From an uncultured Bacteroidota bacterium (lineage in GTDB: Bacteria > Bacteroidota > Bacteroidia > 2-12-FULL-35-15), in NCBI GenBank assembly GCA_903881065.1, contig CAIRRW010000071.1, positions 1-34,729 on the forward strand: a stretch of 34,729 nucleotides of DNA, written 5' to 3'. Of this stretch, positions 26,783 to 34,729 are shown piece after piece. The first letter of the stretch is position 1. Each line of letters opens with the position of its first letter. A program made the position numbers and the translations under genes. Below the pieces are notes generated by a model, which was not told the origin of the DNA, searched no databases, and saw only the letters and a program-made list of their open reading frames with translations.

Positions 26783-27170
26783 GATTTCTTTTTTATATTA
26801 ACGATTGCTTTAATTGATTACTGCTCTACACATATAAAACTTTGTAATAATACTGATTCTTTTGTTGCTTAATGACTGGTAAGCAAGTTTCGAAGCATAA
26901 TCTCAGAGTAGTTTTGTAGCAAATTGTATGATATAATTAAAAGTATGTATTGTTTTTTAAAGACAATCAAAATTAATAAAAGTTTAAAACCAAAAATAAT
27001 TAAGTAGCCCAATAGCCCTATTAAATCGATATTTCAAAGGTTCAGAAAGAATATAAGGAGATTAAAGAATAATTGCAAAGTCGCTATAAAAGATTCTTAC
27101 CTATAAGAAAATGACACATTCATTGCTTCTTTTGAAATTCATTAATCACATTAATTTGTACTTTTAGCCA

Positions 27171-28232
27171 ATGAAGTTTTTTAGATTTCTATTATTCCCC
27201 TTTTCCATTTTGTACGGAATCATTGTGTTTATTCGTAATAAATTTTACGACTTGCATTTAATTTCTTCTGCCCGATTCGAGTTACCTACAATAGTGGTTG
27301 GTAACATTTCGATGGGAGGTACAGGTAAAAGCCCTCATATTGAATACTTGATTCGGTTATTAAAAATAGATTTCAAAATAGCTACATTGAGCAGAGGCTA
27401 CGGCAGACGGACAAATGGTTTTATTTTATCAGACAAACAATCTACAGCAAAAGATATAGGTGACGAGCCAAAACAATTCAAGAATAAATATGATGATGTA
27501 GCGGTGGCTGTTGATGCCAAAAGAGTAAATGGAATAAATAAATTAATAGAGCAAGTTGCCGGATTGCAGGTTGTTTTACTAGATGATGCATTTCAGCACC
27601 GAGCTGTAAAAGCTGGCTTATCTATCCTTCTCACAGATTATAATAAAATGTTTTTTGATGATTATATACTACCAATGGGTACCTTACGCGAAAGCAGAAG
27701 CGGCGCAAAGCGTGCTGATATTATCATTGTTACTAAATGCCCTGCACCGCTTTCTGATAAAGAACGGAACAGATTAACAGAAAAGATAAATGCTTCTCCG
27801 TTTCAGAAAGTTTATTTTTCACAAATCAAATACGGGGAAGTAACTAAGTTGTTTGGTAACAAGGAAACGGAACAAATCAATTATTTAGATGGACAATATG
27901 ATGTTGCATTGCTTACCGGCATTGCAAATACTCAACCACTGGAAGATTATTTACAAAGCAAAACCAAAGCGCTCATAAATATTAAGTTTCCCGACCATCA
28001 TCAATTTACTTCAAAGGATTTACACCATGTAATTGAAAAATTTAATACTATTGCATCCGCAAAAAAAATAATATTGACTACCGAAAAAGATGCAATGCGT
28101 TTAATTGATTCTGAATTTAAAGAACTATTAAAAGATTTGCCAGTGTTTTATCTGCCAATAGAAATTCAATTTAATAACTACGACCAGACTGCATACAATC
28201 AACAAATAATAAATTATGTTAGACAAAATTAA
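27171..28232 (+). CDS. lpxK: Tetraacyldisaccharide 4'-kinase (lipid A biosynthesis)
   Basis: 353 aa with an N-terminal membrane helix, the P-loop VVGNISMGGTGKSP and a DDAFQH motif, which together characterise LpxK. Confidence 0.85.
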   Translation: MKFFRFLLFPFSILYGIIVFIRNKFYDLHLISSARFELPTIVVGNISMGGTGKSPHIEYLIRLLKIDFKIATLSRGYGRRTNGFILSDKQSTAKDIGDEPKQFKNKYDDVAVAVDAKRVNGINKLIEQVAGLQVVLLDDAFQHRAVKAGLSILLTDYNKMFFDDYILPMGTLRESRSGAKRADIIIVTKCPAPLSDKERNRLTEKINASPFQKVYFSQIKYGEVTKLFGNKETEQINYLDGQYDVALLTGIANTQPLEDYLQSKTKALINIKFPDHHQFTSKDLHHVIEKFNTIASAKKIILTTEKDAMRLIDSEFKELLKDLPVFYLPIEIQFNNYDQTAYNQQIINYVRQN

Positions 28233-29031
28233 ATCAACAGCAACGTATATTCAAAGTAAAATATCAACTGCTCCACAAGTAGGAATCATATTGGGTACAG
28301 GGCTTGGAGGCTTGGTAAACGAAATAGATATCAAACACACTATTCCTTATTCCGAAATCCCGAACTTCCCTGTATCAACAGTAGAAGGCCATTCGGGCAA
28401 ATTAATATTCGGCGAACTAGGTGGAAAGAATGTTGTTGCTATGCAAGGTCGTTTTCATTTTTATGAAGGATATACAATGCAGCAAGTTACATTCCCAGTG
28501 CGTGTGATGCAGGCGTTAGGCATCAAAACTTTATTGGTAAGTAATGCTTCTGGTGGTGTTAATTCTGCTTTTTCAATAGGTGATTTAATGATTATCAACG
28601 ACCATATTAATTTCTTTCCACAACATCCGTTGAATGGTAAAAATAATCCGTTGCTTGGTCCTCGTTTCCCTGATATGAGTGAGGCATACAGCAAAGATTT
28701 AATTGCGAAAGGAAAGAAAATTGCCGCAGCAAATAATATTAAAGTTCAGGAAGGCGTGTATCTTGGCTTGTCAGGACCTACATTTGAAACACCTGCTGAA
28801 TACCGAATGGTGAAAGTACTTGGTGCTGATGCTGTAGGTATGAGTACCGTTCCAGAAATTATTGTGGCGCGACACATGAATATTCCTTGCTTTGCTATGT
28901 CCATCATTACCGACTTAGGTGTAGAAGGTAAAATAGTAGAAGTTACTCATGAAGATGTACAGCAAGTAGCTGCTCAATCAGAAAAGAAAATGACTATTAT
29001 AATGAAGGAATTAATTAACCAAATGGATTAA
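28216..29031 (+). CDS. punA: Purine nucleoside phosphorylase (trimeric, inosine/guanosine type)
   Basis: 271 aa with GIILGTGLGG, VSTVEGHSGKLIFG, MQGRFHFYEGY, RFPDMSEAY and GMSTVPE. It is very close to the remembered Bacillus PunA pattern. It overlaps the lpxK end by 17 nt. Confidence 0.85.
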   Translation: MLDKIKSTATYIQSKISTAPQVGIILGTGLGGLVNEIDIKHTIPYSEIPNFPVSTVEGHSGKLIFGELGGKNVVAMQGRFHFYEGYTMQQVTFPVRVMQALGIKTLLVSNASGGVNSAFSIGDLMIINDHINFFPQHPLNGKNNPLLGPRFPDMSEAYSKDLIAKGKKIAAANNIKVQEGVYLGLSGPTFETPAEYRMVKVLGADAVGMSTVPEIIVARHMNIPCFAMSIITDLGVEGKIVEVTHEDVQQVAAQSEKKMTIIMKELINQMD

Positions 29032-29060
29032 TTAAGTTTTGTATTTTATTGGTAAAAAAC

Positions 29061-29453
29061 TTATTGCATATACCCGTTTTTTATCCATGCCTCCATTACT
29101 CTTTTCAACAGCGCATCCAATTCCTTTTCATCCACCTGCTCGGGTTTTGTAAAAACAATACACGTTTTCCCTATCAGGTACTTCATTAAATTAGGAGCTA
29201 GCGGAGCGTACGTTTTCTCGTTATAATACATCGGGAAGAAATGAAAACTTACCATGTTTTTATTTGATACCACACTTACAAAGAACATACCTGGCACTAA
29301 TTGCTTTTTGCTGCCATACAGCATTTCTTTGTTTCCTATCAATTGTATTTCATCATCATTTTTTGATGTCATTACCATAGGAGGGCAATATTTTACAAGT
29401 ACTTTGGATATGCGGGCTACTATTTCCTTTTTTGTTTCTACTGTTATTGGCAT
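29061..29453 (-). CDS. Hypothetical protein (possibly DUF1801/YdhG-like)
   Basis: 130-aa ORF with an ATG start, convergent with punA. No diagnostic motif was recognised; the family suggestion rests only on size and general pattern. Confidence 0.5.
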   Translation of the reverse strand: MPITVETKKEIVARISKVLVKYCPPMVMTSKNDDEIQLIGNKEMLYGSKKQLVPGMFFVSVVSNKNMVSFHFFPMYYNEKTYAPLAPNLMKYLIGKTCIVFTKPEQVDEKELDALLKRVMEAWIKNGYMQ

Positions 29454-29518
29454 TTATTTACACGTTTAGATTGATAAAAACATTGTTCATCAGGGAAATC
29501 TGAATTTAGATTTCAACC

Positions 29519-31192
29519 TTAATTTTTTCGCTCGTAAATATTAATGTATTCCGCTGATTGAGGTGAGTAATTAATTAGTTGATCACCTGTTTTGAGTGAA
29601 GAAAAACTAGTCGGCGTTACTTCCATAACACCTACTGTTGTATAATATTTACCTACATAATCGGTGGCCCAGGTGAATATATATTTCTCGGAAGTTGGTT
29701 CCTGCAACCACGAATAATTTACGTTAACATAAAGAATATACTTTGGCTTGCTGGCTTCTATTTCCTTTGCCATTTCTTTTTGCATTGATAAAGTGTAGGA
29801 ATGTGTCTCAACAAGATTGTAGGTATAAATATATCCGGAGGCGGAATACCTATCAGCATAAAAAAATATTTCCGGCTCGGAGCCAAGTATCGCTATTTTA
29901 TCTGTTTTACTGGTATGCTGTTTTAAATAATTAGCTATCTCAATTGCTTCAACAAAAGGGTTGGAACCATACGCCATTTTAGAAGATATTTTATTATCCA
30001 TCTTAAATAAATATTCTTTGTTTGCTTTTATTCCGCTGCCAAATAAAAATGCAATCAATATAAAACTAACATAAATAAATTTGGGCATCTTAAATTTATG
30101 TACAAATAAATCCGTTAAGTAATCGAAGAGAATAGCAATTAAAATACCTATTACAGGCAATAATGATATGAAATAATGATTGCGGAAATGAAAGCCAGGA
30201 ACAATGGTTAGGAATGAAAAGAATAAAAAAGAAAACAATATTATTTTGTTTTTTAACGTGGCTTTATTAATAAATATAAATGGAATGGCAACTACCGAAA
30301 CCGCCCATAAAGCAATATATCCAAGGGAAGAATAAACTACCGTAACTAAATCAATGGCACTTTTGAACCTCGGGAATGCATCGGAAAAAGGTACTTGTGT
30401 ACCGTATTTCGAAAGATATTTTACTGTCCAGAACCAGAAGGTAGTGAAATCAGCAAACATATAAAAGTAGAACAACATTATAAGCACCGGTATTGCGAAA
30501 CCGCTTAATAAAACAAGGATATTTTTTGTGATTATTAATAATGTATTCGTTTTAAATTCGTTTATAAATACAATGGCAATTCCGAAGAAAAGGAAAAAGA
30601 TACCTGACTGTTTGCATATAAAAGAAAAGGAAAAGGCAATGCCTGCACTAAAACAGAGCAGTAATTTCCGTTTGTCATTTTTATATGCAAGCAGAAGAAT
30701 GTAAATACCTATTAATGCAAAGAAGGTTACAAAGTGTGTAGCATGGCCGGCTTGAGCATACAACGACCAATTGCTGCCAAGAATACCATAGGTGGCAGCC
30801 GCGATAACAGCACCAACTTTCGATACAAAATTGCCTGCAACCAGAAACACCAAAACCATGGAAGCGATAACAATTAAAGCTACACCCAAATGAATACCGA
30901 TAGTTGATTGCCCGAAAACTGTCATTATAATAGCATACATATAATATACTCCGGGCAGTTTCATATTATAAGCAAGTGTGTAGGGCGGATGACCATAAAG
31001 AATTAATTTGCCCATATAGGCATACTCACCTTCATCGCGCTCTAGCGGAAAGGATAACAGATGGATGCGAGCCAGCAAAACAAAGAGCACGGATACGCCA
31101 AGTAACAGATATATAAATTTATTATTATCAAAGATAGTCTGCGATTGGCTGGCAGAAGGGCTTGTTAGCGGCTTGTTACTTTTCTTCTTCAT
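29519..31192 (-). CDS. Polytopic membrane glycosyltransferase, ArnT/PMT (GT39/GT83)-like
   Basis: 557 aa with at least 10 hydrophobic helices, an acidic first-loop motif ERDEGEYAYMGKL (DE..Y as in ArnT/PMT-type enzymes) and a soluble C-terminal domain. Confidence 0.5.
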   Translation of the reverse strand: MKKKSNKPLTSPSASQSQTIFDNNKFIYLLLGVSVLFVLLARIHLLSFPLERDEGEYAYMGKLILYGHPPYTLAYNMKLPGVYYMYAIIMTVFGQSTIGIHLGVALIVIASMVLVFLVAGNFVSKVGAVIAAATYGILGSNWSLYAQAGHATHFVTFFALIGIYILLLAYKNDKRKLLLCFSAGIAFSFSFICKQSGIFFLFFGIAIVFINEFKTNTLLIITKNILVLLSGFAIPVLIMLFYFYMFADFTTFWFWTVKYLSKYGTQVPFSDAFPRFKSAIDLVTVVYSSLGYIALWAVSVVAIPFIFINKATLKNKIILFSFLFFSFLTIVPGFHFRNHYFISLLPVIGILIAILFDYLTDLFVHKFKMPKFIYVSFILIAFLFGSGIKANKEYLFKMDNKISSKMAYGSNPFVEAIEIANYLKQHTSKTDKIAILGSEPEIFFYADRYSASGYIYTYNLVETHSYTLSMQKEMAKEIEASKPKYILYVNVNYSWLQEPTSEKYIFTWATDYVGKYYTTVGVMEVTPTSFSSLKTGDQLINYSPQSAEYINIYERKN

Positions 31193-31417
31193 TTAATTAT
31201 ATAAACTTTTTTTTACAACGTTTATTTAAAATCACACACCTATCTTGGTTATAAATATTATCAAAGGTATCATTTTAGATTATCAAGAATTAATGTATGT
31301 ACAACTTACTTATTATAAATGCCACGAAGCCCCAACGCATATTTCAACGCTTCAGCTTCGCGCCTACCATTACTTTATGGACGTAGCTTTGGGCGTACGG
31401 GGGTTGTGGAAATTTTA

Positions 31418-32812
31418 TTATTGCTTAATTAATTTTCCGGTTGAAATAAATTCGGTATTATAAAATTTCCAAAAATAAATTCCAGGGCTACAATTCTCAA
31501 ATGATAATTTCATTCCGTCTAAATTGACACTTTGTTGTTTTATATATTCTTTTCCAGAATTGTCGTAAATAATAAGATCACCTTTTTGTTTGACACCTTT
31601 TAAAATTAAATTTGTAGTCTGACTAAAAGGGTTAGGAGAAAAGCTAACTTGATTGTTGTCTTTTAAACTAACTGTTGGGACAGAAACAAATGTACCGAAT
31701 AAACCAGAAAAAAGATTTGGAAGACTATATGAAGAAGTTAAATGAGAAGTTACAATTCCATTGGAATTAAAATTACAAGTAGTTCCAATATTATTAGGAT
31801 TATTGATGATGCCAAGACGCAAACCATTTGATGAAGCATAATAACTTAGCGCATATATTTTACCGTTTGGACCTAATGCAATATTTGTAAACCAGTCAGT
31901 TGAGCTATATGAACTCACAGCATTCTTTGATGCAAGAATGCTAGAAATATTATATGAAGTAAGATCAAATTGCAATAAGTCAATTGCGGCTACATATAAT
32001 TTTGAATTATCTGGTGAAAACTCCACACCATATGGCTGACCAACCCCTGAAGAAAGATTCATTTCATTGAATAAAGTTCCATTTAATTTATCAAATTGAA
32101 ATAACTCTAATTTATTTGAATCCATTGCTGCTATGGCAATATAATTACCATTTGGGGAAAATCTCATGTAACCTAAGGCGTTGTTATTCGCAAAACCGCC
32201 ATTATGAATAATTCCAATAGATGAAACAACTGGAGTTGTTGATACTCCTGAGGAAGTTACTAAATATGAAGAGAACTCATTTGTATTTAACCCATGACAT
32301 AAAACCCATATATCCGTTCCATTACTGTGATAAGATGCGGTAATTTTTTCGCATACAAGAGTTTGAAGAAATATATTTTTATTAATAACATCACCGTTGC
32401 CACCGTCTAAAGTCATGTCAACTTCCGATACTTCCAATCCATTTGAACCACCTTGCGCATCTGAAGTAAAAATAAAATACCGATCTGAAAAGCTAGGTCT
32501 TGGCACAATTAAGCAGCTTTGTGTACTTGATATACCACCAAGAAGTCCACTTCCTGATGGCATAATAACGTTGTTTTTGTTCCATACTTGTAATCCATTT
32601 GTATAAAATAAAAGATTTCCAAGTGTATCACAGATCGATGAACACCCTTCCTCAGCCGACATGCTATTTAAATAATTTAATGATGGAGGAGAAGTGTTGA
32701 AATCCAGGTTGACCTGATATCCAAAACGCCATTTGTTCGACCGTTGTCCATAGGAATAATAAATAGTTATATTTAGTAAAATTAAATAAGAAAAAAGGAC
32801 TTTTTTGATCAT
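31418..32812 (-). CDS. Secreted beta-propeller-like protein with a T9SS type-A C-terminal sorting domain
   Basis: The track ORF 31418..32860 starts at TTG. The ATG at 32812 gives a proper signal peptide, MIKKVLFSYLILLNITIYYSYGQ. The C-terminus FSPNPFSQTTNLILKG...GDLIIYDNSGKEYIKQ...GIYFWKFYN...TGKLIKQ matches the Por secretion tail pattern. The body has repeated FSPNG/FSPDN propeller-like motifs. Confidence 0.75.
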   Translation of the reverse strand: MIKKVLFSYLILLNITIYYSYGQRSNKWRFGYQVNLDFNTSPPSLNYLNSMSAEEGCSSICDTLGNLLFYTNGLQVWNKNNVIMPSGSGLLGGISSTQSCLIVPRPSFSDRYFIFTSDAQGGSNGLEVSEVDMTLDGGNGDVINKNIFLQTLVCEKITASYHSNGTDIWVLCHGLNTNEFSSYLVTSSGVSTTPVVSSIGIIHNGGFANNNALGYMRFSPNGNYIAIAAMDSNKLELFQFDKLNGTLFNEMNLSSGVGQPYGVEFSPDNSKLYVAAIDLLQFDLTSYNISSILASKNAVSSYSSTDWFTNIALGPNGKIYALSYYASSNGLRLGIINNPNNIGTTCNFNSNGIVTSHLTSSYSLPNLFSGLFGTFVSVPTVSLKDNNQVSFSPNPFSQTTNLILKGVKQKGDLIIYDNSGKEYIKQQSVNLDGMKLSFENCSPGIYFWKFYNTEFISTGKLIKQ

Positions 32813-33159
32813 TTGTTTTATAAATTCATAATTATTTGCTGTTGGTGGTGCATTCATCAATTACCTTTATCAATTTAATATACTCCAAAAGTACTAAATC
32901 CTTCTATGGTATTTTCAATTAATAACTAATTTCACATAAAACATAATAACATTCATATAGATAAATCCTCATACTGGTAAATATCTTTCCAACTTCACCC
33001 TCAACTGATCTTCATTAAAAAAACACAGTTTGAAAAAAGTAATATATTACGTCACTGTTAACTCTTCTTTCTGTTTTTTTCATTTTTAGTTAATTTAATG
33101 TATATTGAATATCAGCATTTTAATGTAAAATAAGTTTCATTTTTCCATTCCGACGAACT

Positions 33160-33459
33160 ATTGTTCCATTTCCATTTTTTATTGTTGGTAGAGACCAAAA
33201 TATTGTTGGTAGTGCTCAAACTATTTCCGGTAAAGGCCAAAACATTGTTGGTAGAGTCCGAAATATTGTTGGCAGAGCTCGTTCCCTGTAATAAAAAGTC
33301 CAAAATATTGTTGGTAAAGTAAAAACTATTGTTGGTAAAGTAAAACTATTGTTGGTAAAGGAGAAAATATTGTTGGTAACGTACAATATATTGTTGGAAG
33401 AACACTTGACCAACAATATAAAATGCTCAACCAACAATAAAAAACACTTTACCAACAAT
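33160..33459. repeat. Phased 21-bp repeat array: 12 direct slots (8 exact ATTGTTGGTA cores, 2 with one mismatch, 2 more degenerate) followed by 3 inverted copies; non-coding
   Basis: Direct cores start at 33181, 33202, 33244, 33265 (GGCA), 33307, 33328, 33348, 33369 and 33390 (GGAA), with degenerate in-phase copies at 33160 and 33223. Spacing is 21 bp except one 20-bp step. Inverted cores (..CCAACAAT) start at 33408, 33429 and 33450. The dyad ATATTGTTGG-N12-CCAACAATAT spans 33388-33419. Spacers carry in-phase A-tracts (CAAAAT, CAAAAC, TAAAAACT). Confidence 0.85.
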
Positions 33460-33942
33460 AAAAAATGAAAATGCCTCTTTTTAACCTTTTCAACTTTTTG
33501 TTTTAAGTGTATTTTGAATAACTTGCTATAAAAAAGAAAAGGATTCTGGCACAAAAAGTAGTTCGGGAAATTCAGCAGGTAATTCGAGAGATTCTTGAAT
33601 CAAAACCAAGGCTTCAGTTTTTTATCTCAGTAATTGTGTAGTTTTCAAAATCTTCTATCACATCATAGTATCTTATTTTTAGACAAGATTTTAGGAAATG
33701 AAACTGATAAGGTTTTATGCTTTATTAATTACAGGGATTTACTTCTATTGAGTTGGTAATTGTAAGAATCTATTTTTGCCTTAGCAGGTTTAAAACTTAA
33801 AACAATCTGAACAAAAGAGTAGAAATTATGTTTCAGTATGAAATGTAAGGTTGGTTAAAAATGCAATTCGTCGAAAAAATAAATAGCGAATTAATTTTAA
33901 ATTTATCTTTACATAAATAATCATTAAAAAAATAAAAAAAGT

Positions 33943-34182
33943 ATGGAAAAACCAATTATTGCCGGAAAAACACCATTACCAGTTCAGCTGGAAGCAGGAA
34001 AAACATACGCATGGTGCGCATGTGGAAAATCAGCCAACCAACCATTTTGCGATGGTTCACATAAAGGTTCTTCTTTTGTACCTAAAGTGTTTGTGGCTGA
34101 AGAAACAAAAACAGCTTATTTATGTAACTGCAAACAAACAGCAAACCCAGGATTTTGTGATGGGGCACATAAAAAATTGTAA
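33943..34182 (+). CDS. CDGSH iron-sulfur domain protein (two CDGSH motifs, mitoNEET-like)
   Basis: 79 aa containing CACGKSANQPFCDGSH and CNCKQTANPGFCDGAH. Confidence 0.85.
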   Translation: MEKPIIAGKTPLPVQLEAGKTYAWCACGKSANQPFCDGSHKGSSFVPKVFVAEETKTAYLCNCKQTANPGFCDGAHKKL

Positions 34183-34270
34183 TCTATTACCATCGGTATA
34201 AGAAACATGCAATTACGCGCATTTCTTATAGATACAATTAGTTAGTGGTATACAGCCACTATACAAACTT

Positions 34271-34310
34271 AAAAAACTCTTTACAGCATATGTAAAGAGT
34301 TTTTTAGTTT
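34271..34310 (+). terminator. Rho-independent terminator after the CDGSH gene
   Basis: A perfect 15-bp stem pairs AAAAAACTCTTTACA (34271-34285) with TGTAAAGAGTTTTTT (34291-34305) around a 5-nt loop. It runs directly into a T-rich tract. Confidence 0.75.
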
Positions 34311-34391
34311 TAAATAAATAGAAATAAACTTTATGTAAATACATTTACTTTTAATTCTATTTTTGTCTGCTGAGAAACGAGATTAAAAAAA

Positions 34392-34729
34392 ATGCAGCCA
34401 ATGCCGCAAACAATGACCGATAAAAAACGAAAAATAAATTCCTCTGTAGCTGAAGAAACCCTGCTGAAAGCATACGAATTGATGTGTACAGCCAAAGCAA
34501 TGACGGAACTTTATGAAGCAAATAAAGAAGTAACGGCAAAATATGTGCATGCTACTTCGCGCGGTCACGAAGCAATACAACTGGCAATGAGCCTGCAATT
34601 GCTTCCACAGGATTTTTTATCGGCTTACTATAGAGATGACAGTATGCTGTTGGGCATTGGCATACAGCCATATGAACTGATGCTGCAATTGATGGCAAAG
34701 CGTGATGACCCTTTTAGTGGTGGGCGTAC
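34392..34729 (+). CDS. 2-oxoacid (alpha-ketoacid) dehydrogenase E1 component, TPP-dependent; 5' part only, runs off the window end
   Basis: Hand translation from the ATG at 34392 gives MQPMPQTMTDKKRKINSSVAEETLLKAYELMCTAKAMTELYEANKEVTAKYVHATSRGHEAIQLAMSLQLLPQDFLSAYYRDDSMLLGIGIQPYELMLQLMAKRDDPFSGGR. This matches the N-terminus pattern of Bacteroidota fused E1 alpha/beta dehydrogenases. It is not in the ORF track because it has no in-window stop. Confidence 0.7.
   Translation, partial: MQPMPQTMTDKKRKINSSVAEETLLKAYELMCTAKAMTELYEANKEVTAKYVHATSRGHEAIQLAMSLQLLPQDFLSAYYRDDSMLLGIGIQPYELMLQLMAKRDDPFSGGR

Noticed and set aside
27151-27158. lpxK promoter -7 box in cattaatttgtact
   Set aside because: The sequence is one base off TAnnTTTG in every register and lies only about 13-20 nt from the ATG. 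The support is insufficient.
29033-29063. Possible bidirectional terminator between convergent punA and the 130-aa gene (TAAGTTTT...AAAACTTA)
   Set aside because: It has only an 8-bp AT-rich stem with a 15-nt loop and overlaps the stop codon of the minus-strand gene. It is too weak to call.
31245-31463. Plus-strand ORF 31245..31463 (72 aa)
   Set aside because: It spans an intergenic region plus the antisense 3' end of the T9SS-cargo gene. It has no motifs, and its composition is driven by the GC-rich island.
16345-32606. Short antisense or off-frame ORFs inside operon and housekeeping genes: 17147.., 17934.., 18040.., 18810.., 20594.., 22653.., 22768.., 23525.., 23855.., 24921.., 25356.., 28461.., 29254.., 29743.. 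and 32397..
   Set aside because: Each lies fully or mostly within a longer ORF on the opposite strand or in another frame that has clear family motifs. None shows a recognisable motif of its own.
33160-33459. CRISPR array interpretation of the repeat tract
   Set aside because: The conserved core is only 10 bp with 11-bp spacers (21-bp period), far below CRISPR repeat and spacer sizes. Part of the array is inverted, and no cas genes are present.
16152-33459. The two inversely oriented multi-site arrays as Tn7-like or Mu-like transposon ends bracketing a 17-kb element
   Set aside because: The enclosed genes include core housekeeping functions (lpxK, punA). No transposase, integrase or Tns-like gene is present, no terminal TGT...ACA-type ends or target duplications were seen, and array 2 contains both orientations side by side.
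33160-33459. Chromosomal replication origin (DnaA-box cluster) or plasmid iteron origin
   Set aside because: The core ATTGTTGGTA does not resemble the DnaA box TTATCCACA. No dnaA, dnaN or rep gene is adjacent. The iteron-like topology is noted as an analogy only.
33112-33554. Minus-strand ORFs 33112..33303 (63 aa) and 33216..33554 (112 aa)
   Set aside because: Their heptad-like peptides (TLPTIVF, TLPTIFW, STNN...) are simply translations of the 21-bp DNA repeat. A 20-bp step changes the frame while the DNA core stays conserved, so selection acts on DNA, not protein. The plus-strand frame through the array has no start codon and hits a stop.
33698-33751. 17-codon hydrophobic mini-ORF (MKLIRFYALLITGIYFY)
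   Set aside because: It is too short to support from sequence alone and I could not identify a ribosome-binding or promoter context. It would need ribosome profiling.
33959-34598. ORF 33959..34201 (+), and minus-strand ORFs 34357..34539 and 34383..34598
   Set aside because: The first is an off-frame overlap of the clearly real CDGSH gene. The two minus-strand ORFs are antisense to the convincing 2-oxoacid dehydrogenase E1 reading frame starting at 34392.

Overview
AT-rich, Bacteroidota-like chromosomal window, judged from a T9SS C-terminal sorting domain, LolA-type and lipoprotein genes, and a TAnnTTTG-type promoter box. (1) Positions 1-15959 (46% of the window) are one minus-strand gene that the ORF track does not list, because it has no in-window stop. 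It encodes a giant secreted adhesin-like protein of at least 5319 codons: signal peptide, 7 RCC1 blades, seven Ig-like modules each carrying a different guest domain (alpha/beta, GEVED, GEVED, LamG, GEVED, alpha/beta, LamG), 22 tandem ~78-aa Ig-like repeats, then ~71-aa Cys-bracketed repeats that run off the window. (2) Positions 16345-23315 are a tightly packed nine-gene minus-strand operon resembling the core of an aryl-polyene/flexirubin-type type II lipid/polyketide cluster: hotdog thioesterase, two catalytic KS each followed by a Cys-less KS-like partner, ACP, NodB deacetylase, LolA-like protein and a lipoprotein. It has no dedicated KR, DH, adenylating or exporter genes in the window. 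(3) The rest is housekeeping or accessory: DedA-like protein, lipoprotein-type M49 DPP III, Tat-Rieske protein, lpxK, punA, an ArnT/GT39-like membrane glycosyltransferase, a T9SS type-A CTD beta-propeller-like protein, a double-CDGSH Fe-S protein, and the 5' end of a fused 2-oxoacid dehydrogenase E1 gene. The most unusual non-coding signals are two arrays of short motifs spaced at almost exactly 21 bp. The first is 16152-16268 (5 direct GTAAC cores ending in a perfect 24-bp palindrome). The second is 33160-33459 (about 10 recognisable direct ATTGTTGGTA cores in 12 phased slots, plus 3 inverted copies). Each lies upstream of a minus-strand secreted-protein gene. All domain calls come from hand translation and motif recognition; no searches were run.
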